Assembly: GCA_029856155.1 (NCBI GenBank)
Contig: JAHQWL010000013.1
Coordinates: 1-60,955 of the forward strand
DNA: 60,955 nucleotides
Source of the DNA: Promethearchaeia archaeon
GTDB lineage: Archaea; Asgardarchaeota; Lokiarchaeia; Sigyniarchaeales; SOKP01
Direction: 5' to 3'
Below, in pieces: positions 58,747 to 60,955 of this stretch; position 1 is the first letter of the stretch, and each line of letters starts with the position of its first letter. The translations under genes were made by a program, and so were the position numbers. The notes beneath the pieces were generated by a model, which worked only from the letters and a program-made list of their open reading frames with translations, did not search any database and was not told where the DNA came from.

Positions 58747-60954
58747 TTAAAATCTTATAGTCCCAAAATATCCAGATTGATAAAATAGTTTGGCTTCTTC
58801 AAAATTCATTCCATCAAAAAGTTCTTTTATAACTAAATTGATTTTATTTGTTATTTTATATGTTTTTATAGTACTAGGGGAATAACCAAGGTCTAATAAT
58901 AACTCTTCGGCATTATCACAGAAAATTATACGTTTCCTAGCACGTGGTTTATCGAAAAATTCTAGTTTTGCACTTCTTATACCACTCATCTCTTTTTCTA
59001 AAAATATCTCGATTGTGTATTGAGGTAACTTTAACTGATCTGCAATTTGTATTGTAGTAGTAAATCCTTTAGAAATTAGGGACCGGATTAGTTTAATTAA
59101 ATAAACTTTCTGATGATTACATAAAAACGTCCAGACTTTTCTATCATTCATCCCAACTAACTTTAAAGCAATTTGAGAGGGAGTTTGGAGACCACTTTCT
59201 ATTAAAGTATCAATGATCTCACCTAAATATTCTTTTTGGATAAGATCAAAGCTTTTTCCTTCAAAACAGTCTTTTAAAATACTATAGACTTGAGAACGTG
59301 AAATATATCCATCATCTGTGAATGGACTTGGGAAAAACCCCCTAAGCTCCTCTTGCGAATATCCTTGTTTAATATATTTTAATAGTTCAGGTTTTAAAAA
59401 TTTTCTTCTAACTGCATACCAATTTCCATTAGTTTCAGGCCAGAATTCCTTTATTCTATTAAAAATTGTCTTTCTATCCACTCTAAAATATTCAGATATT
59501 TGTCTTTGAGTAAAACCTGTTTTAATTAACATTCTGAGAGCACCAGCATCGATATTCTTCTTAGCGTGGCCCTTATGGCCTCCTATTGTTCCTGATCGTA
59601 TATTATAGCCTATAGAAGGATTCTTTGAATCGGTTAAATCAATATACCAATCTTCTAGAGCTTCAATATATCTACAATCACGATCAAAATTAGTTGTAGT
59701 AAAGACAATTTCATACACTTTGATGGTAAAGACATCTAAAATGGCAGTTCTGCCAACATCACCTCCACCAGCAACGGTATAAATATCATGCATATCATTA
59801 TATATTGATCCATCTCGTTTATCGTATGTCTCAGAGATTTTAATATAATCATAAATACGATCAGATATTGGAACTAAACCAGTATAGTATTCAAGACGTT
59901 GTTCAGTCCTACCCCACATTATTTTGCCATTTTGAGTATTAGTCCACAAATATATTATACCAAATACTCCCCGACCTTCATCCCAAGTAGCATCGATCCA
60001 TTCTTTTGTCTTAGATACTTGCCTAATGAATCTTTCTTCAACATCTGGAATTATGATCCTTTTTTGAATAGGATCAAATTTTACGCCTTTAGGTCCCGTA
60101 TACATCGGGATCGTCGTCTGTAAAGTAAGCTTCTCTTCTATTTTATCTGCTATTACTTCTTTCTGATTCTTTCGGTTTTCAATTAAATCTTTTTGAATAT
60201 TCTCATCGATAAACCCATACGTCGTTCCATGTCGAGTAACGGGATGGTTGATTAAATTATTGATTGTATTAACCGACCCAATAGACTTTACTTCACTCCC
60301 CACCCAAGGAGTATTTTTAGGACTAACCAAAAGGAATTCCTTCTGTGTATTGGAAAGTACACTAATACCTTCTTCTGACTTAATTCGCTCAATTTGATTA
60401 CTCAACGAATTTTGATGGCGATTAGACATTTCGAAAACAGGCTTCACAGACCTCTCACGATCCTTTTTCAGAACTAATTCAAATAACTCTTTGACGGTAG
60501 GAAGTTCTGTTCCCCCAATGATCATAACATTTCCTAAAATTGAAGCTGTAGTTGTACCAAAGAAACCACCGGATAGTGCTCCAGCAAATAATAAAATAGT
60601 AGATATAACAGTTTCTACAATTTCTCTTCTTGAACTTTCATGAGTTCTTTGTAATCGAAAATTCTCTTCTGCTTCTTGAAGATTTAATATCGAATCTTGC
60701 TGAGTTAGTTGAAGAGTTTGAGAAATTTGATTTTGAGCTTGTGTATTGATTAAATTTAAACCTTGACCAAGGATCTGAGTTACTTGACTTACACCAGATT
60801 CTCTCGCGCTCTCCCAGAAACTGCTCCATAAAATTTGTTCCCATGCATCTCCACCAGCTTTTCGAACTTCATTTGAAACATAGGCTTCAATCCAGGGATC
60901 TATATACAATTCCTCCATTGTCTCTGAAAATACTGCAGTGGAGACTCTAAATAA
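58747..60954 (-). CDS. C-terminal part of a large protein with a hydrophobic Gly-rich hairpin, a GIY-YIG-like nuclease domain and tandem HTH repeats; 5' end beyond window
   Basis: The frame is open to the window edge. GIIYLWTNTQNGKIMWGRT...R...E..YI...NP..GYNIR; GFTQRQISEYFRVDRKTI and further HTH-like units. Confidence 0.65.
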   Translation of the reverse strand, partial: LFRVSTAVFSETMEELYIDPWIEAYVSNEVRKAGGDAWEQILWSSFWESARESGVSQVTQILGQGLNLINTQAQNQISQTLQLTQQDSILNLQEAEENFRLQRTHESSRREIVETVISTILLFAGALSGGFFGTTTASILGNVMIIGGTELPTVKELFELVLKKDRERSVKPVFEMSNRHQNSLSNQIERIKSEEGISVLSNTQKEFLLVSPKNTPWVGSEVKSIGSVNTINNLINHPVTRHGTTYGFIDENIQKDLIENRKNQKEVIADKIEEKLTLQTTIPMYTGPKGVKFDPIQKRIIIPDVEERFIRQVSKTKEWIDATWDEGRGVFGIIYLWTNTQNGKIMWGRTEQRLEYYTGLVPISDRIYDYIKISETYDKRDGSIYNDMHDIYTVAGGGDVGRTAILDVFTIKVYEIVFTTTNFDRDCRYIEALEDWYIDLTDSKNPSIGYNIRSGTIGGHKGHAKKNIDAGALRMLIKTGFTQRQISEYFRVDRKTIFNRIKEFWPETNGNWYAVRRKFLKPELLKYIKQGYSQEELRGFFPSPFTDDGYISRSQVYSILKDCFEGKSFDLIQKEYLGEIIDTLIESGLQTPSQIALKLVGMNDRKVWTFLCNHQKVYLIKLIRSLISKGFTTTIQIADQLKLPQYTIEIFLEKEMSGIRSAKLEFFDKPRARKRIIFCDNAEELLLDLGYSPSTIKTYKITNKINLVIKELFDGMNFEEAKLFYQSGYFGTIRF

Positions 60955-60955
60955 G

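Noticed and set aside
57826-60955. Provirus or transposon at the right end
   Set aside because: No integrase, transposase, capsid or terminal repeat is visible within the window.

Overview
AT-rich archaeal chromosomal segment. Its gene content points to an Asgard archaeon, most likely Lokiarchaeia: histone, proteasome beta, TFB, Rpo10/RpoN, S6e, L24e, archaeal ProRS and Fae-Hps, plus eukaryotic-signature proteins (two gelsolin-type proteins, a RING protein, a longin-like protein, an LRR protein and DUF106/EMC3). About 50 CDS are present, mostly metabolic or housekeeping. I recognised no rRNA, tRNA, CRISPR array or transposase. The most striking observation is in the RNA polymerase subunit gene rpoN (Rpo10). 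It is interrupted by a 30-nt stop-containing insert (57504-57533) that folds with the flanking exons into a relaxed bulge-helix-bulge motif with tRNA-intron geometry, so it is a candidate EndA-spliced mRNA intron. A second, synonymously recoded copy of the 3' exon with the same splice-junction core lies exactly 150 nt downstream. Other notable items: (1) a two-gene surface module in which an HFS (GPS/GAIN-like) autoproteolysis-motif protein is paired with a transmembrane double-wHTH regulator carrying a paralogous ectodomain; (2) a Zn-ribbon module shared between a two-domain gelsolin and a small coiled-coil protein; (3) ATT/ATA start codons on conserved genes; (4) a 52-bp direct repeat flanking an ABC transporter pair; (5) a CrtI-GltD fusion; (6) a wHTH-CDF-wHTH protein; (7) a GIY-YIG-tipped large protein cut by the window end. 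All calls come from reading motifs by eye; no database searches were run.
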